From Botryllus schlosseri (lineage: Eukaryota), in NCBI GenBank assembly GCA_051294905.1, contig CM119372.1, positions 9,612,001-9,676,000 of the forward strand: DNA of 64,000 nucleotides. Reading direction: 5' to 3'. Below, one piece after another: positions 1 through 10,566 of this stretch (the first letter of the stretch is position 1; each line of letters starts with the position of its first letter). Position numbers and translations under genes: made by a program. The notes below the pieces were generated by a model. The model was not told the DNA's origin. It saw nothing but the letters and a program-made list of their open reading frames with translations, and ran no database searches.

Positions 1-33
1 TATTTCAATAGTCATCCAATCATTCACTGAAAC

Positions 34-138
34 TGAATTCACTGAGTACATGTTGAATTCACTGAGTACATGTATTGGTTTGTTGTTCAATGAAAACATT
101 ACAGCTGAATTCACTGAGTACATGTATTGATTTGTTGT
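34..138. repeat. Three copies of TGAATTCACTGAGTACATGT around the MADF gene stop codon
   Basis: Copies at ~34, ~54 and ~106; the last overlaps the stop codon of the 111-557 ORF. Confidence 0.85.
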
Positions 139-1230
139 GCAGTTAGAACATTACGTTTCGCCTTCGAAATACACTGCGTAATTTCTTCTATCACTTCAGA
201 TCTCTTAGGTTCTTCGATGGTCTTCAGTGATCCTGTGATAAATCTGGCAAAGTAGTCGAGTTCATCAGAATCTTGTTTCAAGTGTTTGAGAACAAGCGAA
301 TCAAAGTCGTCTAGCACCTCCGTACGCTTTCTCGCGGGAGTCATGCTTGTGTTCTGTGTTGAAGATAGGCTTGATATTTTTGAAGAGACTGATGGCAAGG
401 GAGAGCTATAGCTTTCTTGTGTAGGAGATGACAACACGTCCCCGGTAGATTCCAGATCCGTAGAATTTGATTGAGCCTCGATAGCTTCAGCTTCAGGATC
501 TAAATCTGCAGAAACGGGTTCCTCCTGTACTAACTCGATCATGATCGTTTTATCCATGTTACTGGATGTCCTGCAAAAAGAAGTGAATTTGTAATGTGTG
601 CGAGAAAATCGGTAGTCAATGATTTCATAGACTCGTAATATTATTCATCATACGGCCTAATCATCCCCTTGATAACATTTTCATCAAATATAAATACACT
701 GATTGCGATATAATGAACATATAGGCATAGGTTATTTGATGAAAGATAAATTAAATAAATATAACGGTGAAGATGGAAGTTTCGTGTTTTATTGAAAATG
801 AGATGAAACAAGGACAATTCGAAGAAAGGAAGATGGTATGGTATGCGAACCAAACTCACGTTCTTGACTGCACAGTGCACATACGGTTCGATGAAAGCCA
901 TCTGCTTCTGAAGGGGCCACTCACTGATAAAGCTTGCCCCTGCTCCACTTTTCTTCAGTCTCTTCCCATCACGGCGATTCCTCATGTACTTCTGCCTTAA
1001 AGAGTCCCATTTAGCTTTAGCCTCTTCTGCTGTACGACAATTAATTAAAAGATAAGATAGACATAACAGTAGACAATATTTCATTTTTCACCTGGTATGT
1101 TCAAGGCCTTGCCAATGCTTGTCCAGCTCTGTTCACGAAGAGAAGACTTCCTGTAGGACTTTGTCGATTGGTCATATAAATACACATGCTGCCTGACCAA
1201 CAAAATCAGCGTCTCTTCGAAATCATACAT
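111..1230 (-). pseudogene. MADF (Myb/SANT-like) domain protein with C-terminal BESS-like helices; 3 exons (1230-1092, 1029-860, 570-111); frameshifted in this haplotype by a 7-bp insertion in exon 2
   Basis: Spliced translation MYDFEETLILLVRQHVYLYDQSTKSYRKSSLREQSWTSIGKALNIP/AEEAKAKWDSLRQKYMR...KKSGAG...WPLQKQMAFIEPY has the MADF pattern (LYD, W..I...L, KW.SLR..Y). Introns are GT-AG. Exon lengths total 769 nt. Removing 7 nt at ~869-881 gives 762 nt (253 aa) reading ...YVQSRTTSSNMDK... into the 111-557 ORF. As written, the frame stops (AAC/GAC ATC CAG TAA) after ~106 aa. Confidence 0.75.
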
Positions 1231-1657
1231 TATTCCAGTTCTGCAAACTATTCCTGTGCATAGTCAGCCGAAAGCTTCGCTGGAGACAAACTTTCACTGG
1301 ACTCGCGCAGCCTGTTCACTGTTTTGTTCAGTGTGGCCACCCTGTGGCTGTGGTTGGAGTGAGAACAAAACCGCGCGTTGGAATGTTTCATTGTGTGTGA
1401 TCGACCCTTAATATTCAGTTGCAATTCAACAAGTCGTATTATCAGTGTTGTGTGCGGCCAATTAGCTAGATTCGTCTGAGCACATTGCACAATGTAACGC
1501 GACGCGAAGCACACGATCTCCCGCTGAGATGATTGCGAAATTAGATCATTGATTGCCGCGCTATCGGCAATCGTTGCTGGCCTGGTTTATCGCGTCTCCA
1601 GCGAGCCAAGCTCCGCTGGCTTGAATAACCGCAAAAGGCCCGGTGCGCACTAAAACA

Positions 1658-2626
1658 CAGTGTTGGGATCAAGTCACTACCTTCGAGTCACGAGTCATTG
1701 CACGTTTTGACTTGAGTCAAGTCAAGTCAATCGATTTTCGAAGGTGACTCGAGTCAAGTCAAGTCAAGTCACTCGATTTTTATAGGTGACTCGAGTCAAG
1801 TCAAGTCACGAGTCAAGTCACAATTCAAGTCAAGTTGCCTTTTCGAATTATGAGGCATGATTATGTCATTGTATTTTGCTGACTGTCTGAAATACAGATT
1901 GAGTGATCATTTATTTTGAACCGATGAACGAGTATAATAGAGTTTAATATACACGGAAAAAGGGGCTGTATCGCTCACATATACGTAGAACTGCTAAACT
2001 ATGTAAGTAATTGCATAGCCTCAGTTTATAGTTACCAGTCAAAATAGAGAATAGAGAAACGAATTGATAAGATGCAATACATTACCCATTTACAAAACTG
2101 ACATGATACAATTCGAACCTGCGCTAATGGTTGAGGACTAATTAAACTAAATTCGAATTCAATTTCAATAAAACAAGAGGTTTGGTTAAGGTAATAACAT
2201 AGAACAGAAATATACATTTTGCTATTAAATTACTTTACTATACTAGTTTACGACAACGCAAGCTGTAAGCTTCGATCACTTCGTTTGCGGTCAATTTATT
2301 TGTGAGCGAACAATGGAGGCTCAGTAAAACACACGATCATTGAATTATAGAGACTGTAGGACCTACAGTCTCTATAATTGAATGATTGGTCGCTCTTACG
2401 GGTTACGCCAGCGTTTCGCGAACAATCCGAACACATGCAAGGTACAGTGATTTTAAACGATACCGATTTCTTGATGACTTGAAATTGACTCGTGAATTTT
2501 GCTCCGAGTCACGAGTCAATCCACATTTCTGATACGCCGAGTCAAGTAAAGTAAAGTCATTTTAGCAAAGTGACTCGAGTCAAGTCAAGTCATAGGGAAA
2601 AGGTGACTCGAGTCATCCCAACACTG
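1658..2626. mobile_element. Non-autonomous hAT element/MITE with GAGTCAAGTC subterminal repeats
   Basis: TIR CAGTGTTGGGAT...ATCCCAACACTG; perfect 8-bp TSD CTAAAACA (1650-1657, 2627-2634); arrays of (CAAGT)n/GAGTC at both ends. Confidence 0.93.
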
Positions 2627-3029
2627 CTAAAACATCGATAGCTGTCACAATCGCATTTGCATTGGCCTGGTGCGTACGATATCATCGCTGGCCTAACTAT
2701 CGCGTCTCGGGCTTAGCATGCTTTGGCTGCTTTCTCCCGGTGGCTTGGAGACAATGCCGTTAAGTATATGTTGATTAGCGATTGTGATTAAAAAGTGAAA
2801 TCGCGAAACTGAATGACATCGAATGTCCGTAAACATGTGCGACGCGTGCGTACAGTACATGCGTAATTGATTTTCGCTAATACTTAAACATAACCATCAG
2901 ATGTGTGTCAAGGCCTGAGTTGTAATAGGGGTTCAGGTTGGTTTGAACCACCTGAAATCGGCGACGTAGCACATATTCCATAAAAACTCGGAGAGTTACA
3001 CTTGCGCAAATCGTCGCCGAGGCTACGTA

Positions 3030-3460
3030 AGACGCGTTGACCTGTGGTGTACCCCAAGGCTCAGTACTTGGACCAGTCCTCTTCACCTTATATGTCAACG
3101 ACATTCTTGATACCTCATTGAACACCACACTGTTCGCTGATGATACTCACCACGTCTCTCTCCACCTTATATGTCAACGACATTCTTGATACCTCATTGA
3201 ACACCACACTGTTCGCTGATGATACTCACCACGTCTCTTCGACATCACAGCCCTGACTAGTGACGAAATGCCCGAAGTGCACCAGTAGACAACCCAAAAT
3301 AACCTTTGCATAAACGCCTCGAAATCCCAATTGCTGAAACTAAATTCAAAAAATAACCTAACCGTTAACATCGCTCGTCAGCCCGTTTCCAACACAAAAA
3401 ATGCCGAATATTTTGGGTTACTGGACCCGGACATGTCCTGGAAGAGTCATATTCAGTATT
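3030..3460 (+). mobile_element. Degenerate non-LTR retrotransposon (CR1/L2-group) reverse transcriptase fragment with internal 79-bp tandem duplication
   Basis: Translates TCGVPQGSVLGPVLFTLYVNDI...TLFADDT, then N.L.IN..KS and LDPDMSWKSHI with stops and frameshifts; 3084-3162 is repeated at 3163-3241. Confidence 0.88.
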
Positions 3461-3706
3461 CAGAGTATTTTGAAATAGTAGGATTTTGTTACTGACCAGC
3501 AAAGAAATATTTGTACAAGAGCACGAGACGAGACCCCCAGATACTCTGAACATTCCACCCACACAGCTTCGAACTCAAATACACAAAGTTGATTTTGTAA
3601 ACTTCCGAGGATCTTCATGTATTTCAAATCATTACCAAATATGACAAAAACATCATATCAAACTATTTTCGTAAATTTGTAAGACGCTACATCACAACCG
3701 ACTTCG

Positions 3707-5635
3707 TCAAGACTGTGCCTGTGCCGCCTGTTGCGCGAGCACCTTGTTCCCGGCTATAAAAGTGACGCTCCCCAGAAGAGCCAGGTACCGCAGAGTAGTG
3801 AACATATTCAGCTGCACCCAGAAGCAGTAGTAGAGAACGAATATGCCGACCAGACCGCCGTGGAAAACCAAATGCTTCGGCGAGAAGCTGATGTTGCCCA
3901 GATTCACTCCGATTCTCATCCACATGACAATCAGAATAAACAACGGCGCGATGCAAGCAATCGTGAAGACAGTCGACACAACCGCAGGCGGGCGTTTCTC
4001 AGATACGCGGAACAGATGGTGGATTTCTGGTCTCGGAGCGTATATGGATGCTGGTTCCTCGGCTGTCGTGGATCCCGCAAACGATAGCTTGATGTTGCAC
4101 ACATGCCAGAAAACTGGGTTTGCTATCGCGGCGTCTCCGATAATGAGGTGCACCGTGTATTCCCCACTTTGAGAGTTGAACGATTCTTTACCGGCAGCGC
4201 TGAGATCCACATCAAACTTGTAGACGGAGGAGCTGTCCGCCTCGGCCACAAATATAACCTCTTGGTTTGTTTTTACATTTTGGAACAGCACAAACACTTG
4301 GTGAGGCTTCATCGGCGTGTTGTCGATAGTATCTTTTACCTTGAATGTCATCACCACCTTCTGCTGCGAGTCTGCTTTCATGTTTGGTGCTTTGGCGGGG
4401 AAAGATATCTTTTGCCAGTCCACCGATGTAGACTCCTGCTCTTGAGTTCCGATTTGCGAGTCCAAAATCTCAATAGAGGTGGTGACTTTGACTCGAAATT
4501 CTACATCCGAAGCTCCGGCAAGCTTTCGTCCGCCGGTTGGTACTACGTTGAGCGTGATATCATAAAATCCGCTTTTGGGTTTCAAATCCCACATATTTAA
4601 ATCATATCCAGTCATGGCAGAACCAATGATTTTCTTCATCGGCACGTTCGATATGATTACTTCGTTGTCGGATGAGCGGGTGACCGAGTCTACTTTTACA
4701 GTGAGGCCATCAATGGGTTGGTGGAGTACATTAGTAACAGCAACTCTCAACGCACTCTTGTCTTGTGAAATAGCATTACCAGACAGCAGTTGCACTTTAC
4801 CGACAGACATAGCAGAGTAGGTAACAATCGCATTGAGCGGAGCAACAACATTGTATGCACCTTCGAAAGAAGTGGCCCCTTTGTGCTTCATAATGTAGTT
4901 GGCAAACATAATAACTTGATCATCGGACAGTCCGAGCGGGCGCTTTTTGGTCTTGGCAAGCTCAAAGGCAGCTCGAAGAAACATGGAAGTCGTCCGTAGA
5001 TCATTTTCGAAGTACAAATACTTCTCATCCACCTCATCCGCTTGTGCAGCTAAGTCCTCCACATCCAAAACTTTACCTAACAACGCTTTCAAACCTGGTC
5101 CATCTTCTAGGTGAGAGGCTAGAAGAATAGCTTGCGACGATGCAAGTACACTTTCGTCCTCATTCAATACGTTAGTGAGGTAAGTCAGAACATCGGCAGC
5201 AGGTATCTTTTTGCCAAGATTCTTAAGGACTGTGGTTGCATAATATAGAGTTTGAATATCGGCGCCGTCTACAATTTTCTTCGATACAGAGTCGATCACA
5301 GCAGCGGAGAATTGATGTTTGCATGATGCACCCAGGGCGTTTACCAAAGATGAGGCATAAAACATCGATTCTAAATTTTTAACATTAGCCGATTTCACAG
5401 CATCGCACGCAGCTTTGGACATTGACGACGAAAGAGCTCCGCCCTGGGTCAGTGCCTTTGAGCCGAGCACAGCATAGTAGGCGTTGGAGATATCTGAATA
5501 CGATGAAACCTCGAATATTTTTTTGATGTTCTGTTGATCGGTCGATGTGAGTACTCCCGACAAATGTACAGTGGCATTTGAATAGCAAACGAATAAACTC
5601 ACGAAGACTATGCAAAGTCTCTGCAGAACACTCAT
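3707..5635 (-). CDS. RPN2: Dolichyl-diphosphooligosaccharide-protein glycosyltransferase subunit 2 (ribophorin II), single coding exon, 642 aa
   Basis: N-terminal signal peptide; ribophorin II motifs PHQVFV, QEVIFVAE, SGEYTVHLIIGDA, PRPEIHHLFR..EKRPP; three C-terminal TM segments with FH.GL and LNMF.TL. Confidence 0.96.
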   Translation of the reverse strand: MSVLQRLCIVFVSLFVCYSNATVHLSGVLTSTDQQNIKKIFEVSSYSDISNAYYAVLGSKALTQGGALSSSMSKAACDAVKSANVKNLESMFYASSLVNALGASCKHQFSAAVIDSVSKKIVDGADIQTLYYATTVLKNLGKKIPAADVLTYLTNVLNEDESVLASSQAILLASHLEDGPGLKALLGKVLDVEDLAAQADEVDEKYLYFENDLRTTSMFLRAAFELAKTKKRPLGLSDDQVIMFANYIMKHKGATSFEGAYNVVAPLNAIVTYSAMSVGKVQLLSGNAISQDKSALRVAVTNVLHQPIDGLTVKVDSVTRSSDNEVIISNVPMKKIIGSAMTGYDLNMWDLKPKSGFYDITLNVVPTGGRKLAGASDVEFRVKVTTSIEILDSQIGTQEQESTSVDWQKISFPAKAPNMKADSQQKVVMTFKVKDTIDNTPMKPHQVFVLFQNVKTNQEVIFVAEADSSSVYKFDVDLSAAGKESFNSQSGEYTVHLIIGDAAIANPVFWHVCNIKLSFAGSTTAEEPASIYAPRPEIHHLFRVSEKRPPAVVSTVFTIACIAPLFILIVMWMRIGVNLGNISFSPKHLVFHGGLVGIFVLYYCFWVQLNMFTTLRYLALLGSVTFIAGNKVLAQQAAQAQS

Positions 5636-6309
5636 TATGAAACTGCTCCTGTGCCGATGCAGCTTCTGTGAGAATCTGCAACTTTAACTATCTTGCAAAG
5701 GCGACGAAACTCTTGCGGCAACTATACCAAACTGAGACCGGTGAATTAACGCGGAAATCGCAAGGCAAACGTAGTACGTGCGTGGCAAAGTGCAATCAAC
5801 CGCAACATTTACTTGGCTTCATAGTTCAGATTGGATTTTCTATCATGAACTTGGCGGTACAGAACTTCAACCATTCATATTGAAATGAACCTGAATATTT
5901 TCGGCTGACACTCGTCGGGACGACAGATTCCGTGTTGTCGGGAGAGGTCGTTCACACTTTCATTTGGATATTGCAGCGAACAACACATTCATATTCGCAA
6001 TTTATTAACCGTAACCTTTTCAACTGACACACATCGGGAGCAAGGGCGTAGCCAGAAAAAATTTGTGGGGGGGGGCGAAAAATTTGATGACGTAAATGAG
6101 CCCCTCCGATTCGGGAGCGGCCGTCAGTACTTTCATTTGGCTGCCATCTGGAGTCTATTTTACCAAAGTACGCCAACCAAGCCTGAGTCTATACAGATGG
6201 AGTTCATGTACCATCTAAAAATAGTACAATTTTAGCCCCGATTATTCGAATTTTATGCTCGTAACGTCACATTTTGTGATACGAATGTTGATATACAATA
6301 TTCTACTAG

Positions 6310-7070
6310 TTTCTCAATCAATCAATCAATCAGTTTTTATTAATATTTTGATAATTTCAAAACACCACAAGACTGCAATACAATGAAAAGATAGGAAGGT
6401 GTCGAAACAACTTGGAGTAGCCTTTAAGATCAGACACCCACCTTAGCCTAGGCCATTGCTTTTCAACCTTTTTGAATTTCATTCGCACAAACTAATCTTA
6501 AATTGTTATACAAAAAGAAGATGAAGATACTTACATTTTGTTCAAATGTGTAACAAATTGGCTACTATATGTAGCCTATCTTATGCCATCAAGTGTCTCA
6601 TTAAAAAGGCAACTTTTCTCGCTCGTTTCGATTTCAACTATTTCACTTACCCTTCTCGGCCAAACAAGTTGTTGGATTTTGTACAAGAACGTCTACTATA
6701 GTGCTTGGATGGCCAGGTCTTAAAATCTGTTGTGTACTCCTATCCAAAATGGTATTTTTCGCGAGTGAAAAATGCTTGCTGACAGAAATCGTTTTTTAGA
6801 GCTGACACAAAGGTCCCGGAGTCTCCAGTTTGTCGAAAGGGCGAAAAACCTACATGCCTGTTTTGAGGCTTTTGCCTTATGTCTTGGAACATAAGGTGCA
6901 AAACGATCACGGAGAGTAGGCACATTAGAGCTCGCTACCTTATGATACGTTGCTCTCGCGAGTATATGAGAAAAGCAAATAACGATACTGTGTTCTGCTC
7001 TTTAGCTCAATCTAACTTGAGAATTCATCATAGTTTTATAACGGCCAAGCAGCTTTTAGACTACCACTAA
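6310..7070 (-). mobile_element. Probable decayed LINE 3' end with (GATT)n tail
   Basis: Broken minus-strand frames ending in an F..R.IP.W-like stretch typical of the CR1/L2 ORF2 C-terminus, followed by a (CAAT)n microsatellite at ~6315-6331. Weak. Confidence 0.35.
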
Positions 7071-7152
7071 AATCTCAATTTTTGTGTCATTCTGCGACCC
7101 GGGCCTCACCGATGAAACGGAATTCATTATTAATATTACATCTGTATGCTAA

Positions 7153-7396
7153 CCGAGCGAGATAGTGTAATGGTTATGCGTTCGGCTTCTCGAGCGGTAG
7201 GTCGAAAACGTAGAAAGCGTAGACTCGAAAATTGGTATCCGCAGCTATCCTGCTAGGCGCTCAGGCTTTCTTCTCGTGGAGGAGAAAAACAACGGGGCCG
7301 CAGACTAGATGACCTCATGGGGCCGTATCGCAACTCCGTCGTCAAAGCATCTCGATGGTGCAGGCGAAAAAGAATATCATATCTCTCTCTCTCTCT
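7153..7396 (+). mobile_element. tRNA-derived SINE remnant, possibly with a Meta-domain
   Basis: A-box-like TAGTGTAATGG in a tRNA-like head; central AGACTCGAAAATTGGTATCCGCAGCTATCCTGCTAGGCGCTCAG; (CT)n tail at ~7382-7396; B-box not evident. Confidence 0.5.
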
Positions 7397-8309
7397 GCTA
7401 CGATTTTCCGGACATGTATGACATACAGAACGCGCACAACAAAATACTACTCAACACATCTCTACCAAACATGTCTGACGCACGCCATTTCAAACTAGGG
7501 CGAATTAAATTCATCTGCGTGTTGCAGTTTTAATACTGTCTGCGGATCATACCCATATCGAAAGGTTTGGCCATCCAGCATAGGTCATTTTTCGACCAAG
7601 GGTTTGTCGCCGCTTATGTTTTTGGCATCTTATCAGCGGCTTGTTCGCCAAAACTTAACGTCTTCATGTGCCCCGACGCAGAAAGCCGGTTGACCTCGAA
7701 ATGAAGGGGTCTCATAGGCCTGAACTCGCTTATTGTACACATCTACACTAGTTTATCCCGACGTTCTTCGATCGTGTTTTTCAAAAAAAAAACAGTCCGG
7801 CAAATCTTATCACGAATTATTATGATAAAGCCATATTTTCTGCGTGTCTCGCTTATTGGCTACAGCTAATATACCCAACACAGTGACCTTGGATATGTAA
7901 AACCTACTGCAGGATTTTTGGAAATAAATTCAACAAATATGACATACATATTAACAGATAGCTCTGACACCGTGTCGACCCAAAATTGTACCCTTTGCGA
8001 TCCATACTTTATTAACCCTACGTTACAGTAACTTACAAATGTGAGTCTGTAATGATGGTCATTTCTTCAGCCTGTCGCAGGCTAAGACGGGCTGATATAC
8101 TGTATGTCTCCCAGCTTCCAAACCAGGCTTTTGGTTGCGTAATAATTATAATGCGAACATATTAATTCACCAAGGCTTGTGAGAGCTATGATTAGTGGTG
8201 CTTCGTAAGTTCTAGAAGTTTTTACAATTACATCGCCATTACAGAAGTTACACTGCCTTGATTTTCCTATTAGGTTTATTTGGATCATTCCATGTTAGAA
8301 AAATAACAA

Positions 8310-9057
8310 TTATTCACGATTTTCATTCGCACTATTCGCACCCCCTTCGTCATTCGCACTGCATTTCTTTTCATTCGCACTAGTGCGAACCGTCACACAG
8401 CTTGAAAAGCACTGGCCTAGGCGAAGTAAAGAAGAGGCATGCACAGTTGCACACTGAATGAAAAGTAATGCAGAGAATATAAGACGCAAGCGACAAAATG
8501 TGGTGGCATGTGGCATGTTAGGTCGTGGTCCGGTAATCCCGAAGGCTATGGCTAGTATTCATAGAAGAAATTGCTTGTATTTCGACTTGAATGTGGACAT
8601 GCTCAACGACTGTCGGATAGCCAGCGAGATGCTGTTCCACAATTGGGGTCCGGCATACTTGATAGAGCAATACGTTTTCTTGTATTCCGTCCTGATCATA
8701 TGGTAGTTGTTGTTCTTCGTTGACACGCGTGTGCTGTAGCCTACTTGTTCGCTTGTGACTCTGAGGTGAAGTAGTCGTGGCAATTTCTAGCTTCCTCATA
8801 TCTTCTATGTTTAGAACACCAAATCTTTTGAGAAGCGATTTGTCAGTTGCACATCCAGGCCCCCGCGGGGCTTTGGCGATAATGCGGATGTTCCGATGTT
8901 TAAGTTTTTGCAGTGGGTCAATCGTATTCTTGCAGGCAGCACCCCAACAAAGAATTCCGTACTGTAACTTTGATAGGAATAGAGTGTTGAAGAGTATCAA
9001 CAGCACACTGACTGGCAGAGTGTAGCCAAGGCGGCGAAACAGACCACATACCTTCAA
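8310..9057 (-). mobile_element. 5'-truncated LINE (CR1/L2-like) ORF2 C-terminal fragment and 3' end
   Basis: LF.TLFLSKLQYGILCWG...LQKL...IRII and, after a frameshift, YCSIKYAGPQLWNSI...IRQS.S.STFKSK are typical post-RT regions of CR1/L2 elements; TCATTCGCACT repeats at ~8324-8381 lie near its 3' end. Confidence 0.8.
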
Positions 9058-9859
9058 TAGTTGTGGTATGAGTGATTGCTGACGATATTCGGGTTCATTT
9101 CAATATGAATATACTATTCAATTGTCTCATGAAGTTGAAAATGGCCATAAAATAGTCGATGTTTAGGCTAATAAGTTTAAAGAAATAGGTTCGAATCATA
9201 TCATAGTCAACTGTCTTATTGGATGTATGTTCATGTTCATGAATGGCAATTTTCACTTCGTTGGAAGCTTAGATTAAGAAATCGGATTGGAAGTAGTCTA
9301 CTCAAGTAGTTTCCCCCAGTTGCAGTACTTACTCAAGTAAATCAAACTTTACGCTACTTATACTTGGTACCATTTTGAGATTTACTTGCTTTCCCAATTT
9401 ACAGTTGTCAAGTAGAGTGCTATTTATCGAATGTGAATACCTATATATGTTATTCCAATGAGAGCGAGACTGCATGAGACTGAAAAATGCAGGGAGTGTT
9501 TTCCCGGAGTAGGCCTATATACAACCAAAAGTTAAACAAAAAGCATTGGATCGCAGTCTTGTGTTGTTTTGAAATGATGAAACTATTACTAAACAAATTC
9601 TACTGAGAGTCCAGAGTTTTTGTAGCACTTCGCGCGAAAAAAGATATGGAGTGGCAAGTATTTTCGCGAAAGTATCGGGTTGGCTGCTTTTACATTGTCG
9701 CCCATATGATATATGTCTCATCAGAGTAAATATGGCTCAGCAAAAGGTCTGCAACTATCGTTTCTTCTTAACTGCGTGTCTTATAATACTGGGAGTGTGC
9801 GGCTAGAAGGAAAACAAAAGTTAAGAACCACTGTTCCATAACAAAACTGCCATTTGCAC

Positions 9860-10449
9860 CAGGGGCGGGCAACTTACGGCCCGCGACGGGGTTTTGAGCG
9901 GCCCACTGACACATTCTACCCTGAAAGAGAAATTCCAACCTGAAAGCGTGGGCAAATTTTCCGACCTGAGAAAAATGACCTTGAAATGTTCCTATCTACA
10001 TATACATTCCCGAGCAAATATTTTCGATCATGAATATTTAAGAAGACAATGCTGCGTCTCAATTTAAATAATGTTTACGTGCAGTCGTTACTAAGGGTTT
10101 CTACGTCCGACATGGAGCCAGAGTTAAACAACTTGTTGAAAACTTTGATCGACCACAGATGTCTCAGTTATCGGAATTCGGAAGTCCCTCGGTCGGACTC
10201 GAACCCGCATCCGTTGGTGTTGCAGCCGCGGATTATACCACTGCGCTATCTCGCCACAACTCCAGCATTAATAATTCATTAAAAACCTTTTGGTCTGTAT
10301 GATTTAAACCTAAAGTTTACATTAGATACGATTTATTCCTTGTATAGGTGGTTGAATACGCGATTAATCTATCGATTCACGAGCCCGGCCCGCCAACCAC
10401 TTCATTCTCCCATATCCGGCCCGCCGACTGGATAAGTTGCCCGCCACTG
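9860..10449. mobile_element. hAT (Buster/Charlie-like) MITE, family CAGGGGCGGGCAAC, with a nested tRNA-like SINE head
   Basis: TIR CAGGGGCGGGCAACTTA / TAAGTTGCCCGCCACTG; TSD ATTTGCAC/ATTTGCAA (7/8); GGCCCG subterminal motifs; homologous to 36707-38080 and ~63117-63400. Confidence 0.85.
10175..10258 (-). mobile_element. tRNA-derived SINE head (not a functional tRNA)
   Basis: Minus strand GGCGAGATAGCGCAGTGGTATAATCCGCGGCTGCAACACCAACGGATGCGGGTTCGAGTCCGACC: A box TAGCGCAGTGG, B box GGTTCGAGTCC; no acceptor-stem pairing. Confidence 0.7.
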
Positions 10450-10566
10450 ATTTGCAACACGGTCGAATTCGTATGCCGTGGGCTGCATATTTGCTAAATC
10501 ACCACTGTCGCAAGTCAAACCAGAAGTAGATGCAATTTACAATTTGTACAATATACGTACGTGCAT

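Noticed and set aside
3731..4999. Several plus-strand ORFs overlapping RPN2
   Set aside because: Antisense shadow frames of a real CDS; the same applies to ORFs opposite FBXO4 and the transposase.
5770..5795. XBP1/UPRE-like ACGT/CCACG motifs upstream of RPN2
   Set aside because: No exact ERSE or UPRE consensus; too short to distinguish from chance.
7510..7552. miR-200/8-like seed TAATACTG (and let-7-like TGAGGTAG at ~38102)
   Set aside because: No pre-miRNA-length hairpin and no match beyond the seed.
10175..10258. tRNA gene
   Set aside because: A and B boxes are present but there is no acceptor stem; treated as a SINE head.
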